From NCBI GenBank assembly GCA_965230005.1, contig OZ245934.1:3474906-3514905 (forward strand): DNA of 40,000 nt, given 5' to 3'. The stretch's first letter is position 1, and each line of letters starts with the position of its first letter. Source of the DNA: Pseudomonadales bacterium (GTDB taxonomy: Bacteria; Pseudomonadota; Gammaproteobacteria; Pseudomonadales; Azotimanducaceae). The position numbers and the translations under genes were made by a program. Under the pieces are notes generated by a model. That model was not told the DNA's origin. It worked only from the letters and a program-made list of their open reading frames with translations, and made no database searches. Positions 31,465 to 40,000 of this stretch are shown here, piece after piece.

Positions 31465-32198
31465 GACTGACTCCTGCCCTGTAACGCCTGCAGCTCCCGA
31501 AGCAGGGTCATACGCTCGAGATCCTCTTCCTCGAGTCTCGTCCAGTCGATGCCGTCCGGCACCGGCAGCGGTTCTGGGATACGGATGGTTTCTGTTGGCG
31601 TGCAGATGAGGGACAGCGGCAGATCGTTCGCCTCGATGGGAAAGTCCGCGACCAGCTGCGCATCGTGCACCGTCGTCGCCACGGGCACCGGCGCATGGCC
31701 GAGCTCGCGGAGGAGGGCGAACTCGAGATCGCTGTAACCCTCGCCTTTACCGCAGCGCTTCCCGGCCCGCGTCACGGCGGCACAGCCGGTGACAATCGCA
31801 TCGAGCTGCGGCATGGCGTCGAGATCCACCAGCTCCGAGTAATCGGCCATGCTCGAGAGACTCGCCGCGGCGTCGAAGTCGGCTTCACGGATGCGTGCCG
31901 GATCGAGCAAGTGGAAACCTCCAGTGAGCCGGGGGGTGGGGACGTAAACCCGGATGCCGCGCAGCAGCGCCAGGCGTCGAACTTCGCGCTGCGGTGAGTC
32001 CGGGTTCACCTTGATGGCGCTCGCGTCGCGCCAGGGGGACTCTTCGAAGAGTCGCCTGGCAGCCAGATCGGCACCCACGAAATTCGGGATACGACCGTGG
32101 GGCGGAAACGGAAAGCGAGCGAGTTTCTCGGCCTGTAGCCGATCCCAGGCCCAGCCTCGGGCATCCGCCTTTCGCTCGAAGATGAGGTCTGTCAACAA
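31461..32198 (-). CDS. 5-formyltetrahydrofolate cyclo-ligase family protein
   Basis: 245 aa. GRIPNFVGA...IKVNPDSPQ...VYVPTPRL pattern of 5-FCL-like proteins. TTG start is uncertain. Confidence 0.65.
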   Translation of the reverse strand: MLTDLIFERKADARGWAWDRLQAEKLARFPFPPHGRIPNFVGADLAARRLFEESPWRDASAIKVNPDSPQREVRRLALLRGIRVYVPTPRLTGGFHLLDPARIREADFDAAASLSSMADYSELVDLDAMPQLDAIVTGCAAVTRAGKRCGKGEGYSDLEFALLRELGHAPVPVATTVHDAQLVADFPIEANDLPLSLICTPTETIRIPEPLPVPDGIDWTRLEEEDLERMTLLRELQALQGRSQS

Positions 32199-32255
32199 CC
32201 CGTCTTAACTTTCCGATGCGGACAGGCATACTACACGGCCCGCTCAGGAGTTTGC

Positions 32256-33590
32256 ATGACCGGACGTGCCGCCCAGGCCATTCTCGGGCGTTATCCCGCC
32301 CTCGGCTTTCCGCAATTCCGGCGCTACTGGTTCGCGTCCTTCGCCTCCGTTGGCGCCACGCAACTGGTCACGCTCGGGCAGGGCTGGCTCATCTTCGAGC
32401 TCTCGGGCTCGGCTCTGCAGCTCGGCGTGCTCGGCGCTGCCGCGTCGATCCCGAACATCCTCATGACGCTGCTCGGGGGCGTGATTGCCGACCGCTTCGA
32501 CCGGCGTCGTATCCTGATGGTGACTTCGGCGATCACCGCCGCGCTCCTCGCCGTGCTGACGGTGCTGGATGTCACCGGCCTGGTCACGGTCTGGCACGTG
32601 CTCGTGATTGCCGCGCTGATCTCCCTGGTCACGGGCCTCGACTGGCCGGCCCGGGCATCCATCTTCCCGCTCTTGCTCGATCGCCACGCCTACCTGTCCG
32701 GCGTCGCCCTGAACGCCTTCATCTGGCAGTCGACGCGCATGGCGATCCCCGCCCTGGGCGGTCTCATCATCGCCATCGCCGGTGACACCTGGCCCGTGTT
32801 CGCCGCTGCCGCCATCGGCTTCGCGGTCATGGTGATCGTGCTGCTGAGCATTCGTGTGCAGGTGCCCGCCACCGTGCATGTCTCGCCGCTGGAACAGCTC
32901 AAGGAAGGCTTCCGTTTCATCTTCACCACCGAGCTCTTCCGCTGGCTCCTGGGCCTGACTTTCGTCGGTATGTTCTTCGCCCAGTCCTATGTGCAGATCA
33001 TGCCGATTTTTGCGGACCTGCTGGGCACGGACGAGACGGGCTACGGTTATCTGCTCTCTGCCGGTGGCCTCGGCTCGGTGATGGGGACTCTGCTCATGGG
33101 CATGGTCCAGGAGTCGCGCCGCCTCGGCTGGATCATGCTCATGGGCGCCGCGGCTTCCGTGCTCACGCTCTGGGCCTTCGCGGCCAGCGCCGCTCTGCAG
33201 AGCCTGCCGCTGGCCCTGCTGCTCGCCTTCCTCATCGCCGCCACTGCCTCGGCGTTCATGATCATCTCCATGACCATCATGCAGCTGCTCGTGCCCGATG
33301 AGCTTCGGGGCCGCGTGATGGGCATTCACACCATCGGTTACAGCCTCGTTCCGTTGGGCGGTTTGTTTCTCGGGGCGCTGGCGGAAAGCTCAGGGGCAGG
33401 AATGGCCGTGTTCGTGGGCGGGGCCGTTTATCTCTTCGCCATTGCGGTGACGCTGCTCTGGCAGCCGACCATTCGCCGCCTGGATGGTGCGGCGCTGCAG
33501 GCGCCCGCTTCAGGGTCCGATGGTGTGGCGGGGGAAGGCGCCGCCGCAGACGAGGCTGGCGCAGACGGTCAGCCGCTGGCAACGCGCTGA
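32256..33590 (+). CDS. MFS transporter
   Basis: 444 aa, about 12 TM helices. GGVIADRFDRRRIL loop motif. ATG with GGAG SD. Confidence 0.85.
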   Translation: MTGRAAQAILGRYPALGFPQFRRYWFASFASVGATQLVTLGQGWLIFELSGSALQLGVLGAAASIPNILMTLLGGVIADRFDRRRILMVTSAITAALLAVLTVLDVTGLVTVWHVLVIAALISLVTGLDWPARASIFPLLLDRHAYLSGVALNAFIWQSTRMAIPALGGLIIAIAGDTWPVFAAAAIGFAVMVIVLLSIRVQVPATVHVSPLEQLKEGFRFIFTTELFRWLLGLTFVGMFFAQSYVQIMPIFADLLGTDETGYGYLLSAGGLGSVMGTLLMGMVQESRRLGWIMLMGAAASVLTLWAFAASAALQSLPLALLLAFLIAATASAFMIISMTIMQLLVPDELRGRVMGIHTIGYSLVPLGGLFLGALAESSGAGMAVFVGGAVYLFAIAVTLLWQPTIRRLDGAALQAPASGSDGVAGEGAAADEAGADGQPLATR

Positions 33591-34444
33591 CCGCGCTCCT
33601 TCTCGAGCTCGAGCTGCTGATGCAGCACCTGCAGCGACTTGTTCTGCAGTTCCCGCTCGCGCTCGAGTTCGATCACCCGACGCTTCTCGACTTCCAGGTC
33701 CCGGGCGAGACGTTCGTAGTCCATGGTCTTCTGCGCAAGACGGGCTTCGAGCTCGGCAACCATACGCTTGGCTTCGTCGTCCACCGCAGCCGCACCGCCA
33801 GCGCTGTCGGCTGAGCTGACCTCGGCTTCCGCCCTGGCGAGCTCGGATTTGAGGGTCAGCACTTCGGCTTCTGCGGCTGCGGCTTCCGCCGTCGCGTCGG
33901 CTGCCTGACTGCGGGCAGCGCGGAGTTCTTTCTCGAGACGAATCACCTGAGCCTGGAGAGCGGGATCGGCATCGGCGGGGACACTCGAAGCCGTGGGTCC
34001 CAGATCCAGCGTGTTACCCCCCATCATGCTGTCTTCGGCCGCCGGATCATTCACCGGCGACCCGTCGTTGTTCAGGAGCTGGCCTGCGTCGCCATCGGCA
34101 TCCACGTCGGCCAGGTCTTCGAGGGTTTCGTGCTGGGCGATGTGCTGTTTCAGCACACGATCTTTGTCCTTCGCGTCGCTTTCTGCTTTGCGGACGTCCT
34201 CGACGAGGCCGTTGATGCGCACGTCCTTCTCTTTGAGATCGTCCTTGAGACGGTTGATCTGCTCATCGCGGGAGCGGATGAGGGACTCGAACTGCGGCAC
34301 CCGTGCGCGGGCATCGGCCAGGGTGCGCTGCATGTCTTCGTCCTGCTTTGCCGCCATGATGTGGCGCAGGATCCAGCCGGCTGCTCCGCCGGCAAGCAGG
34401 GCCAGCAGCAGGTAGAAGAACATTTTCAGGATCAGATAGATCAC
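33569..34444 (-). CDS. membrane-anchored coiled-coil protein
   Basis: 291 aa, N-terminal TM helix, long heptad-like Glu/Lys/Arg/Ala-rich segments. GTGA overlap with the upstream OmpA-like gene. Confidence 0.6.
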   Translation of the reverse strand: MIYLILKMFFYLLLALLAGGAAGWILRHIMAAKQDEDMQRTLADARARVPQFESLIRSRDEQINRLKDDLKEKDVRINGLVEDVRKAESDAKDKDRVLKQHIAQHETLEDLADVDADGDAGQLLNNDGSPVNDPAAEDSMMGGNTLDLGPTASSVPADADPALQAQVIRLEKELRAARSQAADATAEAAAAEAEVLTLKSELARAEAEVSSADSAGGAAAVDDEAKRMVAELEARLAQKTMDYERLARDLEVEKRRVIELERERELQNKSLQVLHQQLELEKERGQRVASG

Positions 34445-35109
34445 GCCGCATCTCCAATGACACGGAACTCGACCCGGCGGTTGGCGCGGCGGCCTTCCTC
34501 CGTGGTGTTGTCCGCAATCGGTTGAGTCTCACCATAGCCCCGGGATACCAGCTGCGATGCCGACACGCCGCTCTGCACCAGATACTTCGCCACCGCGTCG
34601 GCGCGACGTTGGGAGAGTTTCATGTTGATGGCGGCATCGCCTTCGGCATCCGTGTGGCTCGCGATCTCGAGCCGCGTATCGCAATTCCGGGCAATGCTCG
34701 CGAGCAGGGTCAGGAGCGGAAAGCTCTCGTCGGTCAGCTCGGCCTTGCCGCGCTTGAACGTGACCCGCTCCCGGGCAAGGAAATCGTTGAATTCGCGCTG
34801 GCAGGTGCCCGCTTCGCCGATGATTTCGATCTGGTTATCCACGCTCGTCACCCCCGGCACGTTGGCGGCAATCTCACCGGCCTTCATCTTCGAGGGGTAA
34901 TCGGGGGCCGCCCCCGTCAGCACGATCTCCTGACCGGACGGGGTAACGCTGGCCCAGAACAGGTCCTGCTTACTCACTGCCTCTGCGGCCGAGGTGCCCA
35001 GCTCCTGCTCGATGTCCGAAGCTTCGAGGAACACACAGATGAAAAACAGGCACACAAAGAAGCTGCCCGTCGTCGTGAGGACCTCGAATTGGGAAAAACG
35101 CAAATCCAT
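34441..35109 (-). CDS. OmpA/MotB-domain protein
   Basis: 222 aa, N-terminal TM helix, BON-like segment. C-terminal OmpA motif SHTDAEGD...NMKLSQRRADAV...RRANRRVEF. Confidence 0.8.
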   Translation of the reverse strand: MDLRFSQFEVLTTTGSFFVCLFFICVFLEASDIEQELGTSAAEAVSKQDLFWASVTPSGQEIVLTGAAPDYPSKMKAGEIAANVPGVTSVDNQIEIIGEAGTCQREFNDFLARERVTFKRGKAELTDESFPLLTLLASIARNCDTRLEIASHTDAEGDAAINMKLSQRRADAVAKYLVQSGVSASQLVSRGYGETQPIADNTTEEGRRANRRVEFRVIGDAA

Positions 35110-35241
35110 GTATCGACAGTTACCAATTCGATGCGCCGAATTGTCGCGCGAATGGCTGGTTTCTTGTGTTAACCAGGTCTCAGGCTGGCTGGGGTGTTGG
35201 TCTCGATCAGGCGCAGAACCGCATCCCGATCAGGGTGCGGA

Positions 35242-36024
35242 TCAGGACTCTTCGAGACGGCGCAGGTAGGCGCGCGTTTTCCACCAGTAGCGGAGGTCGG
35301 CCTCCAGCGTCTTGAAGAAGTGCGGCGCGTCGTCTTTATAGCGCTGGCGGTGCGCCTCAACGCCGTCCAGGCAGGCCATCCAGCTGTCGTCCTTTTCATA
35401 ACCGAGGCTCACCAGCTTCTCCGCCACTGCCGGATAAGCATCGAGCTGCCCGCGAATGCGCGGCAGATGCTCGCGCCAGGCCGAGAGGCGCGCGGGGTCC
35501 AGGCGCCGGGCGCCGCCGAGAGAGATACCGGCGCGATCGGGCACGTCAGCGCCTTCCGGATAGTTCATGAAGTCGCGGCGCCGCTCGAGAAAGGGAAAGC
35601 GCGCTTCAACGGTTCTCTGCACCGCCTCCGGATCGGCGAGCAGATCCTCGTAGCGCAGATTCAGCCAGCGCGGATGGTCGTCGAGGCGCTCGATCACCGC
35701 CTGATAATCCAACCAGCGCCGGAAGCCGGTGAAGTACACGTCGGGAAAGTCCGGATGCCGACTCGTGGTCACGGCCCGCGGGTCCCGGGTCATGGCAACG
35801 ACGTGGAGCTTTTTGTCAGCGAGAAAGGCGCGCTCGATGCGTATCGTATCCGGCGGCTTTTTCGTCAGGTAAAGGGTTTCTCCCGGCGGCACCGGCCGGA
35901 ACAGGGGCGCCTCGTGTTCCGAACGTCCGCTGAAGTTATAGCCGTACCAGAGGAGCTCCATCATCAGCGTGGTACCACTGCGATAGCAGCCAACCACATG
36001 CACCCGGGTGGGCCGCCCGCTCAT
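35242..36024 (-). CDS. sulfotransferase family protein
   Basis: 260 aa. PAPS-binding loop-like GCYRSGTTLMMELL. ATG start. Confidence 0.7.
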   Translation of the reverse strand: MSGRPTRVHVVGCYRSGTTLMMELLWYGYNFSGRSEHEAPLFRPVPPGETLYLTKKPPDTIRIERAFLADKKLHVVAMTRDPRAVTTSRHPDFPDVYFTGFRRWLDYQAVIERLDDHPRWLNLRYEDLLADPEAVQRTVEARFPFLERRRDFMNYPEGADVPDRAGISLGGARRLDPARLSAWREHLPRIRGQLDAYPAVAEKLVSLGYEKDDSWMACLDGVEAHRQRYKDDAPHFFKTLEADLRYWWKTRAYLRRLEES

Positions 36025-36078
36025 GGCGCAGCCTGCTCCGGGAGCACTCTCACCGGCAACGCCATCAGAACCGGACTG

Positions 36079-38856
36079 TCACCCGTCGAAAGGATCGCGC
36101 TTGCTCGTGTCGAGATCATGGTCGGCAGCGAAAGACCGAGCCACCTCTGCCTGGCCGAGATTGTTCTGCGCAAGGGTCGAGAGTGCCGTGTAGGCCACCC
36201 ATTCCGCGGAGACCTCAAAGTACTCCCGCAGCACGTGCCGGTCTTCGGACAGACCAAAGCCGTCCGTACCCAGAACTTCAAAGGGGCCCGGCACCCAGCG
36301 GGCGATGGAGAGGGGCAGCGCTTTCATATAGTCGCTGGCGGCAACAAAGACACCTTCCTCGCCGTCGAGGAGCTGCGCCACGAGGGGCTTCCGCGCCGCT
36401 GCGCCAATGCTCATGAGCTGCTCCCGCTCCGCCGCGTTACCCTCCCGGGCGAGTTCGTTGTAACTGGTCACGGACCAGAGGTTGCTCGCGATTCCGAGCG
36501 CCCGGAGATACTCCCGCGCCTTCTGCACCTCGCTCATGATCGCACCGCTGCCGAAGAGGTTCACGGTGGCGCCTTCTTCCCGGTCGAAGCAGTACATACC
36601 GGCGAGCACCCCGGCCGCCACGCGGCCCTCTTCGTCTTCCGGCATGGCCGGCATGGGAATGTTCTGGTTCGTCACCGTGAGGTAGTAGAAGACGTCTTCC
36701 TGCTCGCCGTACATGCGGCGGATGCCGTCGCGGACGATCAGGATCAGCTCATAGGCAAAGGCCGGATCGTAGCTTTTCATGTTCGGCACGGTGCTCGCCA
36801 TGAGATGCGAGTGACCGTCCTGGTGCTGCACACCTTCGCCGTTCAGCGTTGTGCGCCCCGAGGTGCCTCCAAGCAGAAAACCTTTGGCCATCATGTCGCC
36901 GCAGGCCCAGATCATGTCGCCGACGCGCTGAAAGCCGAACATGGAATAGAAGATGTAGAAGGGAATCATCGGCAGGCCATGATTCGCGTAGGCCGTGCCG
37001 GCGGCCAGGAAGCTCGCCATGGCGCCGGTTTCGCAGATACCCTCCTGCAGAATCTGACCGTCTTCCGCTTCCCGGTATGGGGCGATGGTGCCGGCATCCA
37101 CCGGTTTGTATTGCTGACCGGCGGAAGAGTAGATGCCTGCCTGCGGAAAAAGGCCGTCCATGCCGAAGGTGCGCGCTTCGTCCGGCACGATGGGCACGAC
37201 GTAGCGGCCGAGGGTTTTGTCGCGCAGGAGCTTGGCGAGCATGCGCACCACAACCATGGTTGTGGAGATCGAGCGGTCCGTACCCTCCGTGCCTTTGATC
37301 AGATCGGCAAACAGGTCGAGGTCCGGCGGCGCGAGCCGTTCACAAGCTACTCGACGCTCTGGCAGAAACCCGCCGAGGGCTTCCCGGCGCGCCAGGGCAT
37401 AGGTGATTTCTTCTGAATCCGTCGGCGGCAGATAAAAGTCAGCCGCCAGCACGGCGTCTTCCTCGAGAGGTATGTCGAGGCGCTTCGCCAGCTCCCGTCG
37501 CTCATCGGCGGAGAGGTGCTTCTTCTGATGCACGGTGTTGCTGCCTTCCGTGCCGGGGCCCAGGCCATCGCCCTTGACAGTCTTCAACAGAACGACACAC
37601 GGTTTACCGGTCACCTGGGCCGCCCGCTCGAAGGCCGCATAAATCTTCTGATGATCGTGGCCGCCGCGCTTGATGGACCGGATCTCTTCGTCCGTGAGCG
37701 TTTTCATGAGCTCTTTCAGCGCCGGCGACGTTTCCACCCAGTGCTCGCGCACGGCATCCCCCGGGGAGACGGTGTACATCTGATAGTCACCATCGACGGC
37801 CTGCTCCATACGCTCCTGAAGGATGCCGTCTTCGTCCCGGGCAAACAGCGGATCCCAGCCGCCGCCCCAGATCACCTTGATCACGTGCCAGTCGGCACCG
37901 CGGAAGGCGCGCTCGAGCTCCTGAATAATCTTGCCGTTGCCGCGCACGGGACCGTCGAGGCGCTGCAGGTTGCAGTTGATCACCAGCACCAGGTTGTCGA
38001 GGCCTTCGCGGCTGGCGATGTTGATCGTGCCGAGCACTTCCGGTTCGTCCGCTTCTCCATCGCCAATGAAGGTCCAGATCTTGCCGCCGTTATCCGGTTT
38101 CAGGCCGCGGCTCTCGAGGTACTTGGTGAAACGCGCCTGGTAGATGGCGCTCGGCGTGGAGAGCCCCATGCTCGCCGTCGGCATCTGCCAGAACCAGGGG
38201 AGGCGCCGCGGATGCGGATAGCTCGGCAGGCCACCGCCTTCGGCGAGCTCGCGGCGGAAGTTGGCGAGCTGCGTGGCGGTGAGGCGGCCTTCGAGAAAGG
38301 CCCGGGCGTAAACCCCCGGGGCCGTATGCGCCTGAAAGTGCACCTGGTCGCCGCCATAGTGCTCGGAGCGGGCTCGAAACACATGGTTGAAGCCCACTTC
38401 CATCATGGTCGCCGCCGAGAGATAAGTGGCGATGTGGCCGCCAACGCCGGAGCCCGAGTCGTAAGCCTGCAGCACCATGGCAACGGCGTTCCAGCGGATG
38501 ATGTTGCCGATGCGGGTTTCCAGCTCGACGTTGCCGGGATAGCGAGGCTGCTCACGCACATCGATGGTGTTCTTGTAGGGCGTGTTGAGGGCGGCGTCCG
38601 TGAGCACCAGACCGCGATGCGAGAGGTGCGCCTGCAGGGCACGCATGAGCTCCCGGGCGCCTTCAGCGCCGCGTTCTTTGAGCACATCGTCCATGGCGTC
38701 GAGCCACTCGGCGGCTTCTTCTTTCCAGGCGGGATCCAGACCCGTGCCCGGTACCTGCGCGTCGTCCCTGCTGATGCTCTCTGCCACTGCTCTACCTCCA
38801 GTGCCTTCGTGTCGTGCGGGCGTAGCGTGCCTCGCGCCGCCGAGCGGATCGTGCAT
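36079..38856 (-). CDS. aceE: pyruvate dehydrogenase E1 component (homodimeric type)
   Basis: Collinear similarity to E. coli AceE across the length (YPGN.ELE..I...IRWNA, GHI..Y.S.A, INCNLQRLDGPV.GNGKII.ELE, GTDGFG.S). Start set at ATG 38856; the track start 38943 adds 29 unsupported residues. Confidence 0.9.
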   Translation of the reverse strand: MHDPLGGARHATPARHEGTGGRAVAESISRDDAQVPGTGLDPAWKEEAAEWLDAMDDVLKERGAEGARELMRALQAHLSHRGLVLTDAALNTPYKNTIDVREQPRYPGNVELETRIGNIIRWNAVAMVLQAYDSGSGVGGHIATYLSAATMMEVGFNHVFRARSEHYGGDQVHFQAHTAPGVYARAFLEGRLTATQLANFRRELAEGGGLPSYPHPRRLPWFWQMPTASMGLSTPSAIYQARFTKYLESRGLKPDNGGKIWTFIGDGEADEPEVLGTINIASREGLDNLVLVINCNLQRLDGPVRGNGKIIQELERAFRGADWHVIKVIWGGGWDPLFARDEDGILQERMEQAVDGDYQMYTVSPGDAVREHWVETSPALKELMKTLTDEEIRSIKRGGHDHQKIYAAFERAAQVTGKPCVVLLKTVKGDGLGPGTEGSNTVHQKKHLSADERRELAKRLDIPLEEDAVLAADFYLPPTDSEEITYALARREALGGFLPERRVACERLAPPDLDLFADLIKGTEGTDRSISTTMVVVRMLAKLLRDKTLGRYVVPIVPDEARTFGMDGLFPQAGIYSSAGQQYKPVDAGTIAPYREAEDGQILQEGICETGAMASFLAAGTAYANHGLPMIPFYIFYSMFGFQRVGDMIWACGDMMAKGFLLGGTSGRTTLNGEGVQHQDGHSHLMASTVPNMKSYDPAFAYELILIVRDGIRRMYGEQEDVFYYLTVTNQNIPMPAMPEDEEGRVAAGVLAGMYCFDREEGATVNLFGSGAIMSEVQKAREYLRALGIASNLWSVTSYNELAREGNAAEREQLMSIGAAARKPLVAQLLDGEEGVFVAASDYMKALPLSIARWVPGPFEVLGTDGFGLSEDRHVLREYFEVSAEWVAYTALSTLAQNNLGQAEVARSFAADHDLDTSKRDPFDG

Positions 38857-39059
38857 GATAATCGAGCCGTCGGACGAGGGGGTACATTCGGGAAATGGAC
38901 CCGCTAAACTCGCTGCAGCGAGGGGCACAGACCTCACGCGCATGAGGAGAGATGCCGCGCGGCCTGCGCGGATCGGGTCGCCAGGCCCACTCGAAGAACC
39001 GGCTGCAGAGAGAGCCGGACGCTCAGCTCGCTGAGCTCAGGTAGTTAAAGAGGGGTTCC

Positions 39060-40000
39060 ATGTCAGCACCAACCCTGCGGTCGCTCGCGGCCGCCAGCAT
39101 CACGTTCGCCACCTTATTTGCGCTCAGCGCCTGCACCGGCGAGGAAGCCGCCACACCGGCGGAGGCGGAAGCGCCGATCGCGGCGGCCACCGCGGAGACG
39201 GTGAGCCGGTCGAGCGCCATTCAGGCAGCCACCGGCAACATCGACGGCAGCCGCATCGGCCAGGCCGACAAGGAACCGGGCAACTGGCTCGCCCATGGCC
39301 GCACCTACGACGAGCAGCGCTTCAGTCCGCTCACCGATATCAACGCCGAGAACGCCGGCGAACTCGGGCTCGCCTGGTACTGGGATACGGACACCCGCCG
39401 CGGCCTGGAGGCCACGCCCATCGTCGTGGACGGGGTTATGTTCTCCACCGGGTCCTGGTCCGTGGTCTGGGCCCACGATGCAAAAACCGGCGAGTTGCTC
39501 TGGTCCTACGATCCGCAGGTGCCGAAGGAGTGGGGTAAGTACGCCTGCTGCGACGTGGTCAATCGCGGCGTGGCCGCCTGGGAAGGCCGCATCTACTCCG
39601 GCACCCTGGACGGGCGCCTGATTGCCCTGGACGCCGGCACCGGCGAGCTCATCTGGGACGTGCAGACGACGGACCGCGAACGCCCGTACACGATCACCGG
39701 CGCCCCGCGCATCATCAAAGACAAGGTCATCATCGGTAATGGCGGCGCCGAGTACGGCGTGCGCGGTTACGTGAGCGCCTACGACACGAGCACCGGGGAA
39801 ATGGCCTGGCGCTTCTATACGGTGCCCGGCAATCCGGCCGAGGGCTTCGAGAACGAGGCCATGGAGCAGGCGGCGGCCACCTGGCGCGGCGGCAAGTGGT
39901 GGGAAGTCGGCGGCGGCGGCACGGTCTGGGATTCCATGTCCTTCGACCCGGAGCTGAACCTCCTTTACGTCGGCGTCGGCAACGGCTCGCCCTGGAACCG
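39060..40000 (+). CDS. PQQ-dependent alcohol dehydrogenase (methanol/ethanol family), 3'-truncated by window end
   Basis: Not in the ORF track because it has no stop. My translation from ATG 39060: lipoprotein signal (LFALSAC), then [17 protein letters not shown], the vicinal-Cys motif [10 protein letters not shown] and [26 protein letters not shown]. Confidence 0.85.
   Translation, partial: MSAPTLRSLAAASITFATLFALSACTGEEAATPAEAEAPIAAATAETVSRSSAIQAATGNIDGSRIGQADKEPGNWLAHGRTYDEQRFSPLTDINAENAGELGLAWYWDTDTRRGLEATPIVVDGVMFSTGSWSVVWAHDAKTGELLWSYDPQVPKEWGKYACCDVVNRGVAAWEGRIYSGTLDGRLIALDAGTGELIWDVQTTDRERPYTITGAPRIIKDKVIIGNGGAEYGVRGYVSAYDTSTGEMAWRFYTVPGNPAEGFENEAMEQAAATWRGGKWWEVGGGGTVWDSMSFDPELNLLYVGVGNGSPWN

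Noticed and set aside
35195-35225. Hairpin ccgcatccc-gatca-gggtgcgg downstream of the sulfotransferase as an intrinsic terminator
   Set aside because: The stem contains a wobble or mismatch and there is no U-run on the transcribed strand. Too weak to annotate.
26477-38907. Very long ORFs antisense to annotated genes (26477..27931, 28904..29902, 30049..31470, 32244..33329, 35194..37416, 37516..38907, and also 9069..10109 and 10516..11526)
   Set aside because: They are typical stop-poor shadow frames of high-GC DNA, Arg/Gly/Ala/His-rich with no recognisable motifs. The opposite strand carries clear homologs (histidine kinase, amidase, phosphodiesterase, MFS, AceE).
1-40000. rRNA, tRNA, tmRNA, riboswitch or IS elements
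   Set aside because: No intergenic region shows cloverleaf-like or known conserved RNA motifs that I can recognise, and no transposase-like ORF is present. Absence is by eye only; tRNAscan and Infernal were not run.

Overview
High-GC (roughly mid-60s % by eye) bacterial chromosomal segment, probably proteobacterial. Its centre holds a complete sedentary-type chromosomal integron. An intact integron integrase gene (intI, 25520..26476, +) faces an attI crossover core (GTTAGGC on the minus strand, 25307..25313). Beyond it lies a minus-strand cassette array bounded by a homogeneous family of 96-bp attC sites: 12 clear sites from 24872 down to 14047, plus eroded copies at 13447 and possibly 18742 and 12998. 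The cassette region is visibly AT-richer (about 50 % GC by eye). Its contents include a DUF4258/DUF2283-like toxin-antitoxin cassette present twice, a SpoU/TrmH RNA methyltransferase and an MltR-like helical protein. There are also Zn-ribbon proteins, several small multi-TM proteins, GNAT, HIT, VOC, GFA and cupin genes, one truncated duplicate cassette, and a host-GC three-gene block (methyltransferase-like, bactofilin, cyclase) with no attC of its own. Left of the array (68..12841) are 25 co-directional, often 4-bp-overlapping small-enzyme genes (GST, VOC, GNATs, four GFA paralogs, HIT, P-loop kinases, DUF1801, MAPEG and others). Their content and some intergenic gaps faintly resemble decayed cassettes. 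Right of intI are ordinary chromosomal genes: histidine kinase, amidase, phosphodiesterase, 5-FCL-like, MFS, OmpA-like, sulfotransferase, aceE and a partial PQQ-dependent alcohol dehydrogenase. No rRNA, tRNA, CRISPR, transposase or class-1 3'-conserved segment was recognised. All family calls rest on motif recognition by eye; no searches were run.
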